In this document: positions 35,500-36,599 of the stretch, one piece after another
Layout of the letters: each line of letters begins with the position of its first letter
Numbering within the stretch: the stretch's first letter is position 1
Assembly: GCA_944388555.1 (NCBI GenBank)
Contig: CALXJH010000038.1
Location: forward strand, 1 to 36,599
DNA from: an uncultured Clostridia bacterium
GTDB lineage: Bacteria > Bacillota > Clostridia > RGIG6154
DNA: 36,599 bases
Reading direction: 5' to 3'
The notes under the pieces: model-generated
Told to the model about the DNA's origin: nothing
Seen by the model: the letters and a program-made list of their open reading frames with translations, nothing else
Database searches by the model: none
Position numbers and translations under genes: made by a program

Positions 35500-36599
35500 T
35501 TATATCGTTATTTCACGCAATATTAGATCACAAATTCTGTCTACATCCTCAAGCGCCAGATCCGCATATAAAGGGAGGGTAAGCACTTGCTCGGAAGCTT
35601 TTTTTGCAATAGGGGTATCTTGTATTTTAAAAAGGTCTCTATAGCATTCAAATTCATTGGTGAGCGGATAGAAATATTTTCTTGCGTATATACCGGACTG
35701 CATTAAATTTTCAGCAACTTGATTTCTGGATATGCCAAGTACTTTTTCGTCAAACAATACCGGATAATACGCCCAGTTGGAAATAACCTGCTCCTGCGGC
35801 TGATTAAGTTTTAGCCCTGGAATACCTGCAAGACGCTCTGTATAGCGTTGGGATGCTCTTTTTCGTTTGGCGATTTCTTCATCTACATACCGCAGATTAC
35901 ACAGTCCCATTGCCGCCTGAAATTCGTTCATTTTTGCATTTCCAGCAATTTCAGGATAATGTTCACTATCTGCCATTCCGAAATTTTTTTGCATACGCAA
36001 TTTTGCTGTAAAGTTTTCATCCGAATAAGCAACGCATCCGCCTTCTATCGTATTAAACACTTTCGTGGCATGAAATGAAAACATAGACGCATCTCCAAAC
36101 GAAGCAATGCCTTTGTCTCCGATACGCACACCAAAGGCATGCGCAGCATCATAAATCACTTTAAGACCATACTGATCTGCAATTTTTTGAATTGCGTGCA
36201 CATCACACACATTACCATATACATGAACAGGAACAATGGCACATGTTTTTTCAGTAATCAAAGGTTCTATTTTAGATGGATCCAAGGTATAGTTTTCAGG
36301 GTCAATATCACAAAAAACGGGTGTCAGTCCGCATCTTACGATTGCTTGTGTCGTTGAAGCAAAAGTAAACGGAGTTGTTATAACCTCGCCTTTAAGATCC
36401 ATTGCCGCAATCGCAGCTTCCAAAGCCAAATGACCGTTTGTAAATAGCGACACATTCGATACAGACAGATAATCACATAACCTGCGTTGTAATTCCGCAT
36501 GCTTCTGTAACATATTGGAAAGCCAGAGACTTTCCCACAATTCTTTATTTTCGTTTATGTATTCGTGAAATGAGGGCATTGAGGAACGGGTTATATTGA
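35500..36599 (-). CDS. DegT/DnrJ/EryC1/StrS-family PLP-dependent sugar aminotransferase; the 5' end probably lies beyond the window
   Basis: SFHATKVFNTIEGG contains the PLP lysine, and the overall pattern is typical (NGHLALEAAI, VPVHVYGN). The reading frame stays open to the window edge. Confidence 0.9.
   Translation of the reverse strand, partial: NITRSSMPSFHEYINENKELWESLWLSNMLQKHAELQRRLCDYLSVSNVSLFTNGHLALEAAIAAMDLKGEVITTPFTFASTTQAIVRCGLTPVFCDIDPENYTLDPSKIEPLITEKTCAIVPVHVYGNVCDVHAIQKIADQYGLKVIYDAAHAFGVRIGDKGIASFGDASMFSFHATKVFNTIEGGCVAYSDENFTAKLRMQKNFGMADSEHYPEIAGNAKMNEFQAAMGLCNLRYVDEEIAKRKRASQRYTERLAGIPGLKLNQPQEQVISNWAYYPVLFDEKVLGISRNQVAENLMQSGIYARKYFYPLTNEFECYRDLFKIQDTPIAKKASEQVLTLPLYADLALEDVDRICDLILREITI

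Noticed and set aside
1-36599. CRISPR arrays, rRNA genes, or recognisable defence or toxin-antitoxin modules
   Set aside because: No regularly spaced short repeats, rRNA-like sequence or characteristic defence-gene motifs were seen in any frame.

Overview
Low-GC Firmicutes (Clostridia-like, probably spore-forming) chromosomal window, annotated by eye only. Left to right:
- 3' end of a putative glycoside hydrolase.
- tRNA-Leu(UAG) with its own promoter, followed directly by an IS200/IS605-family insertion.
- An ECF sigma factor with a roughly 350-aa C-terminal extension.
- A 1.2-kb gene-poor stretch with decayed ORFs.
- An 8.8-kb gene for a 2925-aa SLH-anchored repeat protein.
- A MerR/GyrI-like regulator.
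- A putative glycoside hydrolase and MATE transporter operon with a divergent AraC regulator.
- A collagen-like, BclA-type protein.
- A LysR-associated oxidoreductase operon whose first two products carry export signals.
- A cotJC-type Mn-catalase gene that is broken into pieces by mobile DNA.
- dTDP-sugar genes (rfbB, rfbA and a DegT-type aminotransferase).

The main finding is the Mn-catalase gene. Its C-terminal part (27366..27758) and a 126-bp middle part (31601..31726) lie on the same strand in the correct order. They are separated by a 3.86-kb element bounded by a 12-bp direct repeat. The element carries a SprA-like large serine recombinase, a small ORF and a beta-helix protein. Precise excision would rebuild the conserved GTEE-xxH metal-ligand motif in frame.

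The middle part is cut again at its 5' side, exactly at the stop codon of a second, convergent large serine recombinase. The gene therefore appears to be interrupted twice. The first ~23 codons are not in the window.

All family calls rest on motif recognition and need HMM or BLAST confirmation.
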